Below, in pieces: positions 19,644 to 29,698 of a stretch of DNA of 64,000 bases (positions within the stretch are counted from its first letter, which is position 1; each line of letters begins with the position of its first letter). Under the pieces are notes generated by a model. The model searched no databases, was not told the DNA's origin, and saw nothing but the letters and a program-made list of their open reading frames with translations. Made by a program: the position numbers and the translations under genes. This stretch comes from an uncultured Actinomycetota bacterium (GTDB taxonomy: Bacteria > Actinomycetota > Actinomycetes > Mycobacteriales > Mycobacteriaceae): the NCBI GenBank assembly GCA_963753995.1, contig CAVWEO010000001.1:4341-68340 (forward strand), written 5' to 3'.

Positions 19644-19677
19644 AGCTGTACCTCCTGGTTTCCGACTAGCACCATGA

Positions 19678-20862
19678 TCAGCCCCGCGCGGCTTCGGACG
19701 CGAGCACGATCGCGGCGTGCGATTTGAGCGGGCTGCCGGAGTTGGCCATCGTGACCTCGACCGGGCGACGCAACTGCCGTTCGCCGCACACACCCTGGAT
19801 CTGCCGAACGGCCTCGATCACCTGCGGAGTCCCGTGCAGCCGCCCCATCCCGAGCATGCCACCGGACGTGTTGACCGGCACCGCGCCGTCACGCGCCGTC
19901 TCGCCGTCCGCGACGAATCTGAAAGCCTCGCCCTGCTTGCAGAATCCGAAGGCCTCCAGCCAGATGTAGACGAAGTAGCTGAAACCGTCGTAGATATTGA
20001 CTTGATCCACATCAGCCGGCCCGAGTCCGGCGGAGCGCCAGAGCTCGTCGGCGATGTAGCGCGAGCTGCGTTCCATGCTCTCCAACGTCATGACGGACGC
20101 GTTTTCCAGGTTCATCCCGATCGACGCGCCCCCGCGCACGTACGCCGCCGGGTGCGGGGCATCGGCCGCCCGCGCCGCCGACGTGACGATCACCGCACCG
20201 GCTCCGTCGACCGGCATGTCGCAGTCGAGCATCGACAACGGATCGGCGATGGGACGGGTGTTCAGGTAGTCCTCGACGGTCAGCGGCTTGCCGCGGAACA
20301 CCGCCTCCGGATTCAGCTGGGTGTTCGCGCGGTTGCGCACCACGTATTCGGCCATGTGCTCGCGCCGTGCGCCGTAGCGCGCCATGTACCGCGAGTAGGG
20401 CAATGCGTAGTCCATCACCGTGTTCGCCAGCCCGAACGGTGCGCGGAACTGCTCCGGACCGGCTGCTTGCGTCAGTTCGTAACGTCCGTACTTGCCGGCC
20501 GGATTGTGCATGGCCCGCCAGACCACGACGGTCGAGCAGGCGCCGGCTGCTACCGCGTGTGCCGCCTCCAACACCGCGCCGACGTAGGACCCCGGCTGCA
20601 GCTGAGCACACCAACGCAACCCGTCCAGACGCAGCGCGCGAGCCACGTAGCCCGCACCGACGAAGTCCATGCCGTCTTGATCGCCGGCGCCCAACCTCGA
20701 CGGTGCGGGATAGACGCACAGGCCGTCGACGTCGGAAACGCGCAGCCCGGCGTCGTCCAGAGCCCGCGTGATTGCCTGGGTGGCGAGGGCACCAAGCCCA
20801 ACGTTGCCGCGCCGGGAAATGTCGGAGAACGCGGCACCGACGATGGCGGCGGCCGCGGTCAT
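19678..20862 (-). CDS. Thiolase-superfamily protein (Ltp2/SCP2-like, no evident catalytic Cys)
   Basis: LDCDMPVDGAGA, IYDGFS, NTSGGMLGMGRLHG; overlaps the DUF35 gene. Confidence 0.87.
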   Translation of the reverse strand: MTAAAAIVGAAFSDISRRGNVGLGALATQAITRALDDAGLRVSDVDGLCVYPAPSRLGAGDQDGMDFVGAGYVARALRLDGLRWCAQLQPGSYVGAVLEAAHAVAAGACSTVVVWRAMHNPAGKYGRYELTQAAGPEQFRAPFGLANTVMDYALPYSRYMARYGARREHMAEYVVRNRANTQLNPEAVFRGKPLTVEDYLNTRPIADPLSMLDCDMPVDGAGAVIVTSAARAADAPHPAAYVRGGASIGMNLENASVMTLESMERSSRYIADELWRSAGLGPADVDQVNIYDGFSYFVYIWLEAFGFCKQGEAFRFVADGETARDGAVPVNTSGGMLGMGRLHGTPQVIEAVRQIQGVCGERQLRRPVEVTMANSGSPLKSHAAIVLASEAARG

Positions 20863-21296
20863 CGCGCGCCGTCGGCGGGAGTGAACTGCGCGAGCGTGAT
20901 GTCGCCGGTGAGCGGTTCGAACGCGACCTCGACCGCCACGCCGACCAAGGCCTGGCCAGTACGGCCGGGTGCGCCGACTAGGTTGCCGAGCAGGTAGATA
21001 CCCGGCGCGTCATCGAGTTCGACGGACACGCAGGTATACGGCGTCCGGTCCTCGAAGCCATACACCCTGGCCTCGTGCATCGTCGTTGCCTCATGCACCA
21101 CGCCGCGGCCGGACACGGCAAGCCATCCCAGCTCGAGCGAGAGGCAGCTCAGGCACTGCGGGGCCGGCGGGTGCTGCACCGATCCGCACGACGAGCAGCG
21201 TTGCACCACGAGTTCGCCGCGCCGCGTCGCGGCCCAGAACGGCGCGGTCAGCTCGTCGATCACGGGCATTGGACGGGTGGGCTTTGTGTCAATCAT
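20859..21296 (-). CDS. DUF35 Zn-ribbon/OB-fold protein (ChsH2-like)
   Basis: PFW..GELVVQRCSSCG..HPP..CLSC, SGRG, VEVAFE. Confidence 0.9.
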   Translation of the reverse strand: MIDTKPTRPMPVIDELTAPFWAATRRGELVVQRCSSCGSVQHPPAPQCLSCLSLELGWLAVSGRGVVHEATTMHEARVYGFEDRTPYTCVSVELDDAPGIYLLGNLVGAPGRTGQALVGVAVEVAFEPLTGDITLAQFTPADGAR

Positions 21297-22527
21297 GCAG
21301 ACCCGCCGCAACACCCGAGTCCGCCGTGACATCAGCGGACGAGGAAGCGCCGCTGTCCTGGCCCAGCCAGTCGTGCAGAACCGACTCTCGGTCCGCGTCG
21401 ACGGCGTGCCCGGCGTTGCGGACGGCGCCGGGCGTACGGGAGAACTTCGGAATCACCGACTGCATGCGCAGCGGCCCGAGGTCGTCGTCCTCGACGGTGA
21501 CGATGTTCCGCCGGGCCTGGTACTGCGGATGCTCGAAGATGTCGGCGATGCTCATCACCGGCGAGAACGGCACGTCGTGCTCGGCGAACCGGCGCACGAC
21601 GTCGTCCATGGTCTGAGCCAGCAGCCAGCCGGAGAGGATGGTGTTGAGTTCGTCCCGATTGCGGATGCGAGCCTGATTGGTCTCGAACCGAAGGTCGTCG
21701 ATCAAGTCCGCCATGCCGATCGCCCGGAACAACCGCTCGACCACGACCTGCGTGCTTCCGGTGAACGACAGCCATTTTCCGTCGGCGGTTTTCCAGGTGC
21801 CGACCGGCGACACGTACGGGACCTCGGTGCCTGTTCGCTCGATCACGGTGCCGAGTTGGTCGTAGGCGACCACCAAAAATTCCATCAGCCGGAAAGGCGT
21901 CTCGTACAGGCCCAGATCCAGGTGCTGACCGACGTGTCGTGGGTTGCGGTCACGTTCGTAGATCGCGGCAAGGATGCCGGCGGCGCCGAGCACGCCGGTG
22001 ACCTCGTCCGCGATCGGGAAGCCGCTGTGCAATGGCGCGCGGTCCGGGAACCCGGTGATGTAGGCCATGCCGCTGAACGCCTCAGCCGTGCGACCGAAGC
22101 CGCGGCCGGCGCTGAGCGGGCCGTCCGACCCGTATGCCGACACGCTGAGCATGATGAGTCCCGGATTGGCGGCCGACAACGTCTCGTAGGAAAGCCCGAG
22201 CCGAGCCATGGTGCCGGGGACGAAGTTCTCGACCACGACGTCGGCCGTCGCGACGAGACCGAGGAAGGTGTCGCGGTCCGCGTCGGTCTTGAGGTCCAGC
22301 GCAATGGTGCGCTTATTCCGGCCGTTCACCTTGTACCAGAGCGGGACGCCGTCCTTGTGCGGGGCGAGCTTGCGAATCGGATCGCCCCGCGGGTGTTCGA
22401 CCTTGACCACGTCGGCGCCGTAGTCGGCGAGCAGGGTGGCTGCCGCCGACGCGGACACCATCTGCCCAAGGTCAATCACGCGCAGTCCCACCAGGGCTCC
22501 GGTGCGTGCCTGCGCTTGGCCGTTCAT
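21289..22527 (-). CDS. Family III (CaiB/BaiF) CoA-transferase
   Basis: LADYGADVVKVEHP, GRNKR, DVVVENFVPG, IADEVTG. Confidence 0.92.
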   Translation of the reverse strand: MNGQAQARTGALVGLRVIDLGQMVSASAAATLLADYGADVVKVEHPRGDPIRKLAPHKDGVPLWYKVNGRNKRTIALDLKTDADRDTFLGLVATADVVVENFVPGTMARLGLSYETLSAANPGLIMLSVSAYGSDGPLSAGRGFGRTAEAFSGMAYITGFPDRAPLHSGFPIADEVTGVLGAAGILAAIYERDRNPRHVGQHLDLGLYETPFRLMEFLVVAYDQLGTVIERTGTEVPYVSPVGTWKTADGKWLSFTGSTQVVVERLFRAIGMADLIDDLRFETNQARIRNRDELNTILSGWLLAQTMDDVVRRFAEHDVPFSPVMSIADIFEHPQYQARRNIVTVEDDDLGPLRMQSVIPKFSRTPGAVRNAGHAVDADRESVLHDWLGQDSGASSSADVTADSGVAAGLHD

Positions 22528-22686
22528 CCGAACCACCGGTACTGCTGGAGTGCGTACCCAGGCATCGGGCTCGCGGCGCTGTCCGGTCCGCGCGACGCGC
22601 TCGTCCGGCCCTTCACAGCAGCGATTCTCCTCGTTGTTTCGGGCGCGTGAGCCGCTACCCCGATCGTCGCACAGGCCACGGCGGGA

Positions 22687-22704
22687 GTCAACACATCAGT
22701 TGAC
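22687..22704. promoter_or_regulatory. Perfect operator GTCAAC-ACATCA-GTTGAC upstream of the CoA-transferase to Nramp operon
   Basis: Intergenic, read directly. Confidence 0.78.
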
Positions 22705-22731
22705 AACGATTTCCCGCAGCCGCCACGCAGC

Positions 22732-24579
22732 TCACGATGTCGGCTGCGATGGATCACCCTGCTGGCCAGGCGCAGCATTCGCGGTTGCCAAATCACGCGA
22801 CTTCGACGGCGTCGGCCGCGCCTGACGCAGATCGGCGGTGATCTGCAGAGCGAGATAGCGGGAATACAACCGAGAGTCGATCAGCGAGCCCCCCATCAGC
22901 CACAGCCCTTCCTGGGCTGTGCGCTGCCACATGTTGCGCATAATGTGGTTCTCGTCGAATCCCCAGATCGGCCCGACCTTGTTCGCGATCTCGTCGCCGA
23001 GCAGACGACGGATCCCCTCCTGCTGGTTCTCGAAGCCGGTGGCCAGCACCACGAGATCGGCGGCAATCAGCCTGCCGTCGCGCATGCGCAGCCCATCCGC
23101 CGTAAAGGCCTTCATGTCCCGGGCCTGAACCAGGCCGATCTTGCCGTCGGCAATCAGGTCGGAGCAGCCGACATTGATGTAGTACCCGCCGCCCCGGCGC
23201 AGATATTTCATGTAAAAGCCGGTTGCGTCCGGCTCGAAGTCCGTCTCGAAACCAACCGCGTTGAGCTGGTCCAGCAGCGGTTTGTCCAGTTCGCACGTCC
23301 GCTTCGTGACCCATTGGCTGGATTCGACGAACAACGGATACGGGGCCGATGTCATGATCAGATCCGAGTCGTCGGCCGAGCGGCCCTCCGAATAGAGCGC
23401 GTACACCATCGTGCCGCTGGGCACGAGGCTCACCACGCATGTCGGGCTGCGTTGCACCATGGTCACCGTCGCGCCGTTCGCGTGGAGCTCTTGGGCAACG
23501 TCATGGGCGCTGTTGCCGGTCCCCACCACGATGGCCGTGCGCCCTCGGTAGGCCTCACCACTTCGGAACTCGCTCGAATGAACGACGTCCCCACTGAAAT
23601 CCCGCAAGCCGGCCAGCGCGGGGATGTTAGGCACGCCGCTGACCCCACCGGTTGCCAACACCAGGTGCGGCGCCGCCAGGTGCGACATCGTACCCTCGCG
23701 GACGATCTCCACCTGCCAGGTGCGCGACTGACTGTCGTAGCGCGCACCGGTCATCTCGGTATCGGTCCACACGTTGAGTTCCATGAACTCGACGTAGGAC
23801 TCGAGCCAGCCGGCCAGCTTGTCCTTCGGCATGAAGGTTGGCCAGGTCTCCGGGAACGGGAGATAGGGCATGTGATTGGCCCACACCTCGTTGTGCAGGG
23901 TTAGCGAGTGATACCGGTGGCGCCAGTTGTCGCCGACCCTGTGGTTCCTCTCGATGACGAGGCAGTCGACGCCCATGTGCCGCAGCCGGGCGGCCAGGAC
24001 GAGGCCGCTGTGCCCCCCGCCGACGATCAGCACCTCGGGCTGCCGGTCGATGAACTCTGCCTCACGCCGTCGTTCGTCGAGCCAGTTGTCACCCGCGAAG
24101 CGATTCGAATACTCCTCGCCCGTCGGCCGTCGAGGCCCGATCCGCTCCTCAGCTCCGTATAGCTCCTGCAGCGTGGTGAGCATGATCCACCCGCGCGGTC
24201 GATCCCAATCGCCGTCCTCAGACACCAGCCGTACGAACGCGGTGCATCGTCCGATCTTGATGTCGAAGTCGAAGAATGCTTCGACAACGTCACGGGCCGA
24301 GCGTCGCGTCAGCCGCGGCTCTGATCGCCCCTGACTCGGGCGAACCGAGGAGGGCAGCACATCGCCCTGAAGCTCCGCCCACCTCCGCTGCAACTCGGCA
24401 CGACCGTGGAACGTTCGATACGACCACGTGAACGCCAGGACGTCCTTCCAGTAGCAGTCCTCGACGAAGAGTCCGCCGAGCGCGACTTGATCTCCCGACT
24501 CGATGGCATCGTGCAGCGCCGCCAGCCACGTGGCGAACACCTCCGACGCCGTATGCGTCCGATCGAACCTCGCAGTCAC
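22732..24579 (-). CDS. Flavin-containing monooxygenase with N-terminal NTF2/SnoaL-like extension (type II FMO-like)
   Basis: YWKDVLAFTW N-terminal domain, GGGHSG, GDNWRHRY, FSGDVVHSSEF, GTGNSAHD, ATGF. Probable GTG start at 24579. Confidence 0.88.
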   Translation of the reverse strand: MTARFDRTHTASEVFATWLAALHDAIESGDQVALGGLFVEDCYWKDVLAFTWSYRTFHGRAELQRRWAELQGDVLPSSVRPSQGRSEPRLTRRSARDVVEAFFDFDIKIGRCTAFVRLVSEDGDWDRPRGWIMLTTLQELYGAEERIGPRRPTGEEYSNRFAGDNWLDERRREAEFIDRQPEVLIVGGGHSGLVLAARLRHMGVDCLVIERNHRVGDNWRHRYHSLTLHNEVWANHMPYLPFPETWPTFMPKDKLAGWLESYVEFMELNVWTDTEMTGARYDSQSRTWQVEIVREGTMSHLAAPHLVLATGGVSGVPNIPALAGLRDFSGDVVHSSEFRSGEAYRGRTAIVVGTGNSAHDVAQELHANGATVTMVQRSPTCVVSLVPSGTMVYALYSEGRSADDSDLIMTSAPYPLFVESSQWVTKRTCELDKPLLDQLNAVGFETDFEPDATGFYMKYLRRGGGYYINVGCSDLIADGKIGLVQARDMKAFTADGLRMRDGRLIAADLVVLATGFENQQEGIRRLLGDEIANKVGPIWGFDENHIMRNMWQRTAQEGLWLMGGSLIDSRLYSRYLALQITADLRQARPTPSKSRDLATANAAPGQQGDPSQPTS

Positions 24580-24657
24580 TCCGACCCTTTTCCAGAGCAC
24601 CGATGGCCTGACGACTGGTCAGGCACAGCAGAAGTGAACACGAAAATGATGTAGTGT

Positions 24658-24675
24658 GTCAACGTCAATGTTGAT
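24658..24675. promoter_or_regulatory. Operator GTCAAC-GTCAAT-GTTGAT upstream of the FMO
   Basis: Intergenic, one mismatch. Confidence 0.7.
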
Positions 24676-24696
24676 GCCCGGACGGTGATCGCCGCC

Positions 24697-25368
24697 TCAG
24701 TTCGAGCGCTTCAGCCAGCCGGGCTGCGGCACCTGTAGACCATCGAGGATGAGGTTGGCAAGGCCCTGGCCGATCGTCTCGGCCGAAAGCGGACCACCAG
24801 GGTGATACCAGAGGCGGGTCGAAACCAGCATCCCGATGATGCTGTTGGCCACCACACTGGGCGGAAGCTCGCTCGCCAGCTCGCCCTCCGCGAACGCCTG
24901 CGCGACGATCGCCCGAAACACCGCGAAGTACTGCTCGGACTGATGCAGCGTCTTGGCCCAGGCGTCGGACGAGCTGCGCCGCCGGCGCAGCCGATCCAGG
25001 TCCTCCTGCACGAACACGTAGAGGAACGGGTAGTGGCGCTCGAAGGAGAGCATCAGCCGGCTGATCAACTGCGACAACCGCTCCCGGGCAGCTAGATCCG
25101 CCGCGCTCAACTCCTCCGCGTCCGCGAGGTTCGCACCGACCGCGGTGGCGACAACGTCGCGGAAAAGATCGTCCTTGGAGCCGACGTAGTAGTACAGAGA
25201 GGCTCGGTCGAGCCCGACGCGTTCCGCGACATCACTGAGCTTGGTCGCGTGGAAACCTTGCTCCTGAAACACCTCGCCGGCCGCCTTGTGGATTTCCCGC
25301 TGGCGCTCCAGGTACACCGGGCTGTCGGTCTTCGCAGCGGCTGCCCGCCTCGCTCGGATGTTGCTCAT
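24697..25368 (-). CDS. TetR-family regulator (copy A)
   Basis: GFHATKLSDVAERVGLDRASLYYYVGSKDDL HTH, WYHPGGPLS C-terminus. ATG 25368 (or 25374) follows GGAGGAGG. Confidence 0.92.
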   Translation of the reverse strand: MSNIRARRAAAAKTDSPVYLERQREIHKAAGEVFQEQGFHATKLSDVAERVGLDRASLYYYVGSKDDLFRDVVATAVGANLADAEELSAADLAARERLSQLISRLMLSFERHYPFLYVFVQEDLDRLRRRRSSSDAWAKTLHQSEQYFAVFRAIVAQAFAEGELASELPPSVVANSIIGMLVSTRLWYHPGGPLSAETIGQGLANLILDGLQVPQPGWLKRSN

Positions 25369-25467
25369 CGACATCCTCCTCCTCCGCTCGGCGGGCACGC
25401 CACCGCAGATGCTGAAGCAGCAGTATCGCTGCCGGCGGGGCGACTTGCCCACATCTGCGTTGATTCG

Positions 25468-25485
25468 ATCAACAACGTCGTTGAG
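25468..25485. promoter_or_regulatory. Operator ATCAAC-AACGTC-GTTGAG in the tetR/MFS divergent region
   Basis: TCAAC-N6-GTTGA core intact, outer bases differ. Confidence 0.62.
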
Positions 25486-25559
25486 ACAATAGGCGCCCAG
25501 AGTTATCGACTCAACTATTTGCTTGTACGCAATCAACTGCTTGCCCTACGCTCGCTGCG

Positions 25560-26957
25560 ATGTCCGCACCGGGGCAACCCGCACCTTCGACGACGCTGAC
25601 GCTGACCGCGCGCCAGCGCTGGCTCGTCCTCGGCGTGGCCGGTGCCGCGCTGATGATGACGGCGATCGACCAGACGATCGTTGCCACGGCCCTGCCCAAC
25701 ATCCAGCACCAGTTGCATGCCCGTCTCAACATCGTCGGCTGGACCATCACCATCTACGCACTCGGCTGCGCGACGACGTATCCGGTCATCGGCAGGGTGG
25801 TCGATCGGGTCGGCAGCCGATTGGTCTTTCTCGTCGCAATCACGGTCTTCGCGATCGCCTCCGTGTGTTGCGGGATGTCGACGAACATTTACGAGCTGAT
25901 CGCGTTCCGGGCGCTGCAGGCCATCGGCGGCGCCGCGGTGATGCCGTCATCGACGAAGATCGTCGCCTTGACGTTCGGCACCAGCCGGGACCGAGCCCTC
26001 GGCTCCTTCATCGCGATCTTCTCGGTCGGCTCGGTGTCAGGTCCGATCATCGGCGGCCTGCTCATCGACTATGGCTCGTGGCGCGACATATTCTTCGTGA
26101 ACATTCCGATCGCGGTGGCGCTCTTCGCCGCGGCATGGTTCGTTCTGCCCGCGACGCCGATCGGCCCGCGCCGACCGTTCGACATTCGCGGGCTGTGGCT
26201 ACTCGCACTGGCAGTGCTCGCGGCGATGTTCGGGGTCGCCCACCTCGGCGAACCAGGCGCCCAGCTGTGGGACCCGCTGACGATCGGGCCGTTCCTCATC
26301 GCGGCGGTCGCCGTCCCTACCCTGACCCGGCACATCCGTCGGGTGCCTGAACCGTTCGTCCCCCCGCAGATGCTGTTCGGGCGCGATTTCCGCACCATGA
26401 ACTTCCTCAATTTGGTCTACGGCGCCTCGACGTCGGGTTTCGGCGCACTGGTTCCGCTCTACGCGATCACCCGGTTCCACATCGCCTATCTGGCGGCGGG
26501 CACGCTGCTTACGGCGCGCGCCGTGGGCAGCATCGTGGTCGGGGCGGCGGCGGTCGCGCTGCTTCGCCGCACCGGTTACCGCAAGCCCATCGTCGTCGGC
26601 TTGCTGATCATCGCCGTCGGGCAGGCCGGGATCGCCCTGTGCCCGTCGGCCGGCGTCGCCTACGTCTGGCTCAGCGTCGCGGCAGGCCTGTCCGGAATCG
26701 GCATGGGCGCCGCGAACCCGGCGGTGAACAACGCCTGCCTGCACCTGATGCCGGACGACACGGCATCGGTTGCCGCGTTGCGCGCCATGTTTCGCCAGAT
26801 CGGCGCAATCTCCGCGGTTTCCCTCGCGACCGCGATCGCCGCGCCCAGCAGCGACCCGGGCCGCGCCCAGGCATTCGTGTTCATGGCCTTCGCGGTTTCC
26901 CTGCTCGCGCTGATCCCGCTAGTGCGCCGGGTGCCGGAGCATCGCGGGGCATGGTGA
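25560..26957 (+). CDS. MFS transporter, DHA2/EmrB-like
   Basis: DQTIVATALP, GRVVDRVGSR, RALQAIGG, WRDIFFVNIP. Confidence 0.9.
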   Translation: MSAPGQPAPSTTLTLTARQRWLVLGVAGAALMMTAIDQTIVATALPNIQHQLHARLNIVGWTITIYALGCATTYPVIGRVVDRVGSRLVFLVAITVFAIASVCCGMSTNIYELIAFRALQAIGGAAVMPSSTKIVALTFGTSRDRALGSFIAIFSVGSVSGPIIGGLLIDYGSWRDIFFVNIPIAVALFAAAWFVLPATPIGPRRPFDIRGLWLLALAVLAAMFGVAHLGEPGAQLWDPLTIGPFLIAAVAVPTLTRHIRRVPEPFVPPQMLFGRDFRTMNFLNLVYGASTSGFGALVPLYAITRFHIAYLAAGTLLTARAVGSIVVGAAAVALLRRTGYRKPIVVGLLIIAVGQAGIALCPSAGVAYVWLSVAAGLSGIGMGAANPAVNNACLHLMPDDTASVAALRAMFRQIGAISAVSLATAIAAPSSDPGRAQAFVFMAFAVSLLALIPLVRRVPEHRGAW

Positions 26958-26983
26958 CGAGACGTGTTTGGGATGATTCTGAG

Positions 26984-27415
26984 ATGACGGCGATGGGCGC
27001 GGAGGAGGCGGTCACGCTGCGCCGCGCGGTGAGCCGCCTCGCGCGCAAGCTCAACGCAGCCGCGACGGACGAGGGGCTCACCCCGAGCCAGGCATCGGTC
27101 CTCGCCTTGATCGGCGCCCGCGGTCCGATCGGAGTGCCCGAGCTCGTCCAGCTCGAGCACCTGCACCCCACCATGCTGTCGCGGGTGATCGGCGCGCTGG
27201 ATCAAGCCGGTTACCTGATCCGGCGCTCCAATCCGAACGATCTGCGCGCTGCGTCTCTCGAACTCACCGATGAGGGGCACCAGGTCGATGACCGAATTCG
27301 CGAACAGCGGGCAGGCCTGGTGCTGAAAGGCCTGTCGATGCTGCCGATCAAGGAGCAGCGAGCGGTCCGCTCGGCATTGACGGCATTGAGCTCGCTCGCC
27401 GACGTCCTGCCCTGA
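26984..27415 (+). CDS. MarR-family regulator
   Basis: GLTPSQASVL, MLSRVIGAL, RRSNPNDLRA..LTDEG. Start could be GTG 26954. Confidence 0.88.
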   Translation: MTAMGAEEAVTLRRAVSRLARKLNAAATDEGLTPSQASVLALIGARGPIGVPELVQLEHLHPTMLSRVIGALDQAGYLIRRSNPNDLRAASLELTDEGHQVDDRIREQRAGLVLKGLSMLPIKEQRAVRSALTALSSLADVLP

Positions 27416-27506
27416 CGCTGTCCTGCACCCGCGAGCGCCGATCGTCGACGCCTTCGATGTCGGCGAAGCCCCGCTAGGCTGGGCGCCGCGAACGGAAAGG
27501 CAGCCG

Positions 27507-28172
27507 ATGGGGTCCGACGAGCAGGCGGAGAAGCTTCCGCTCACCACTTACGCCACGTTGGGCTTGTTGACGCCGTCCGAGGAATTCACCGCGGTCGAGA
27601 TCCAGGCGCGGGCCCAGAATCTGCTGCGCTACTTCTATTGGACGCCCGCACTAAGCCACATCCGCCGCGAACTCAACCGGCTGGAGGAGTTCGGTCTGGT
27701 CGAGGTTCGCGAGGCGCGGCAGAGTCGCGTGCGACGCACGCTGAAATACCGCATCTCGGAGGCGGGCAGCGAAGTGCTGCGCACCTGGGTGGAGACGTCG
27801 ACGATCGACCCGGTGGTCACCAAGAATCCCGCGATCCTCCGGGTCTGGCTCGGCCGGCGGGCTGGCGACGGCACGCTGGTCCTGGCCGCGCTGCGGGCCC
27901 ACCTCAACGCGGTCCGCGCAGATCTGGCCGACCTGCGGGCGAACGTCGATCGGGTCGACGCCGTCATCGCCGCCCGTGCGGACAGTATCGGCAAGGCCGG
28001 TGCGCCCCCGGGCCGCGATCTACCGGTGCTGGTGTCCCGGCCGATGTGGAGCAACGCAGTGTTCCGCTACTGCTTGCGCAGCCTGGAGTTCGACGCCGCC
28101 AACCTCGAACAGCTGCACGAGGAGTTGGCGGCCCTGGTCGGTCCGCGCTACGCCGAGGACCCCGGCGCCTAG
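27507..28172 (+). CDS. PadR-family regulator
   Basis: YATLGLL, YFYWTPALSHIRRELNRLE, YRISEAG..LRTW. Confidence 0.82.
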   Translation: MGSDEQAEKLPLTTYATLGLLTPSEEFTAVEIQARAQNLLRYFYWTPALSHIRRELNRLEEFGLVEVREARQSRVRRTLKYRISEAGSEVLRTWVETSTIDPVVTKNPAILRVWLGRRAGDGTLVLAALRAHLNAVRADLADLRANVDRVDAVIAARADSIGKAGAPPGRDLPVLVSRPMWSNAVFRYCLRSLEFDAANLEQLHEELAALVGPRYAEDPGA

Positions 28173-28229
28173 CGCCAACCGATCGACCGCCGCGCTGCCA
28201 GACGCGGATGGCGCCACCGTTTCCGGGTC

Positions 28230-28272
28230 GTAAACAGTAGTGTTGACAGTGGCTGAGAGCGGCGTCTACAGT
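28230..28272 (+). promoter_or_regulatory. Operator GTAAAC-AGTAGT-GTTGAC (28230-28247) overlapping promoter TTGACA-N18-TACAGT
   Basis: -35 at 28243-28248, -10 at 28267-28272. Confidence 0.75.
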
Positions 28273-28425
28273 CCGAACCTGTTGGCGGAGCGACCGGCGT
28301 CGTCCTCAAGGCGCGTACCGGTTCCAAGCCGGCGATCGCATAGGAAGACAGCGCCAAATCAAGAATTTCCACTAGCTCTTTTTCCAGCACACGCTCCGGT
28401 CACGGTGCGGCCTTAGGAGAGTCCG

Positions 28426-29637
28426 ATGACGCGTTCCAAGGCGACTCGTTTGCGTATATTCGCTGCGGTCGCGACGGTACTTCTGGTCGCCGCTTGCAGT
28501 TCGTCCAAGTCCTCGGGGGGCTCAGGCGGATCGTCCGGCGGGGCGACTAAGAGCACCTGGACCATCGGCTCGATCATCACGCAGACGGGGTCGAGTTCGG
28601 CGATCTTCGGCGCAGCCAAGAACGTGATGCAGGCGTGGGTCAGCTACACCAATTCCCACGGCGGCATCAACGGACACCCGATCAAGCTCGTCGTGATGGA
28701 CGACCAGAACACGCCCTCGGTCGGCCTGGCCGACGCGCACACGCTGGTCAATCGGGACCACATCCTTGCGCTGGTGGGCAGCGAGGACAACAGCGCACCC
28801 GGCTGGAAGGACTACCTGATCAGCCAGGGCGTCCCGATCGTCGGCACCGCCGGCGCTGTCGGACTCGCCTTCAAGCCGAGCGACAAACTCTTCTACCCGA
28901 CCGGCACCGACCTCGCGATCCAGAAGAAGCTCGGCCTGGTGTTGGCCAAGCAACAGAACGCCACCAAAATCGGTGCGGTCTACTGCTCAGAGTCCGTAGC
29001 CTGCCTGCAGGGCGCAAACGCCACCCAAGCGGCCGTTCAGGCTGCCGGTTACACGTTCACAAAGGCGATCAAGGTCGCCACCACGGCGCCCAGCTACGTG
29101 GCACCCTGCATCGCCCTGCGTGATGCCGGCACAACGACGATCCAGCTTTCCGTCGTCACCACGACCGTGCAGGCCATCGCCGACGCGTGTGCACAGCAGG
29201 GCTACTACCCGCTGTATCTGGCCACCGCGGCGGCCATCACCAATAACTGGACCACCGACCCAGCGTTCCGCAACGCCGGCGGCGCGATCGACTCGTTCCC
29301 CTGGTGGCACACCACGGTGCCGGCCATCGCCCTGTTCAACAGCGTGATGGCGCAGTATTACCCCGACTCGCAGGCCCACATCACCACGGCCGCCCAGGTG
29401 TGGTCTTCGGCGATGGCTTTCGAAGAGGGAGCCAAGGCGGGCAACCTCGGTGACAACCCGACGAACAAGCAGCTCGCCGACGGTATGGACACGATATCCA
29501 ACGACACGCTGGGCGGGCTGGTGCCGGCACTTACCTTCACCAACGGCAACCGCTCGGTGAAATGCGGTTACGTGTTCCTCATCAAGAACAACCAGTTCAC
29601 GCTGGCGAACAACAACCAGCAAGCCTGCGCTAGCTAA
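28426..29637 (+). CDS. ABC transporter substrate-binding lipoprotein (paralog of 8845-10080)
   Basis: Lipobox VAAC, GGINGHPIK; shares STWTIGSI, SAPGWK, FPWW and TISNDT blocks with the paralog. Confidence 0.9.
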   Translation: MTRSKATRLRIFAAVATVLLVAACSSSKSSGGSGGSSGGATKSTWTIGSIITQTGSSSAIFGAAKNVMQAWVSYTNSHGGINGHPIKLVVMDDQNTPSVGLADAHTLVNRDHILALVGSEDNSAPGWKDYLISQGVPIVGTAGAVGLAFKPSDKLFYPTGTDLAIQKKLGLVLAKQQNATKIGAVYCSESVACLQGANATQAAVQAAGYTFTKAIKVATTAPSYVAPCIALRDAGTTTIQLSVVTTTVQAIADACAQQGYYPLYLATAAAITNNWTTDPAFRNAGGAIDSFPWWHTTVPAIALFNSVMAQYYPDSQAHITTAAQVWSSAMAFEEGAKAGNLGDNPTNKQLADGMDTISNDTLGGLVPALTFTNGNRSVKCGYVFLIKNNQFTLANNNQQACAS

Positions 29638-29698
29638 CGCCCATAGACGGACCAGCGACGGATCAGAGAACGCAATGCCTGCAGAAGGAGTCGGTGAC

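Noticed and set aside
28273-28425. Riboswitch or sRNA in the SBP leader
   Set aside because: No recognisable aptamer consensus; an Rfam/Infernal scan would be needed to exclude it fully.
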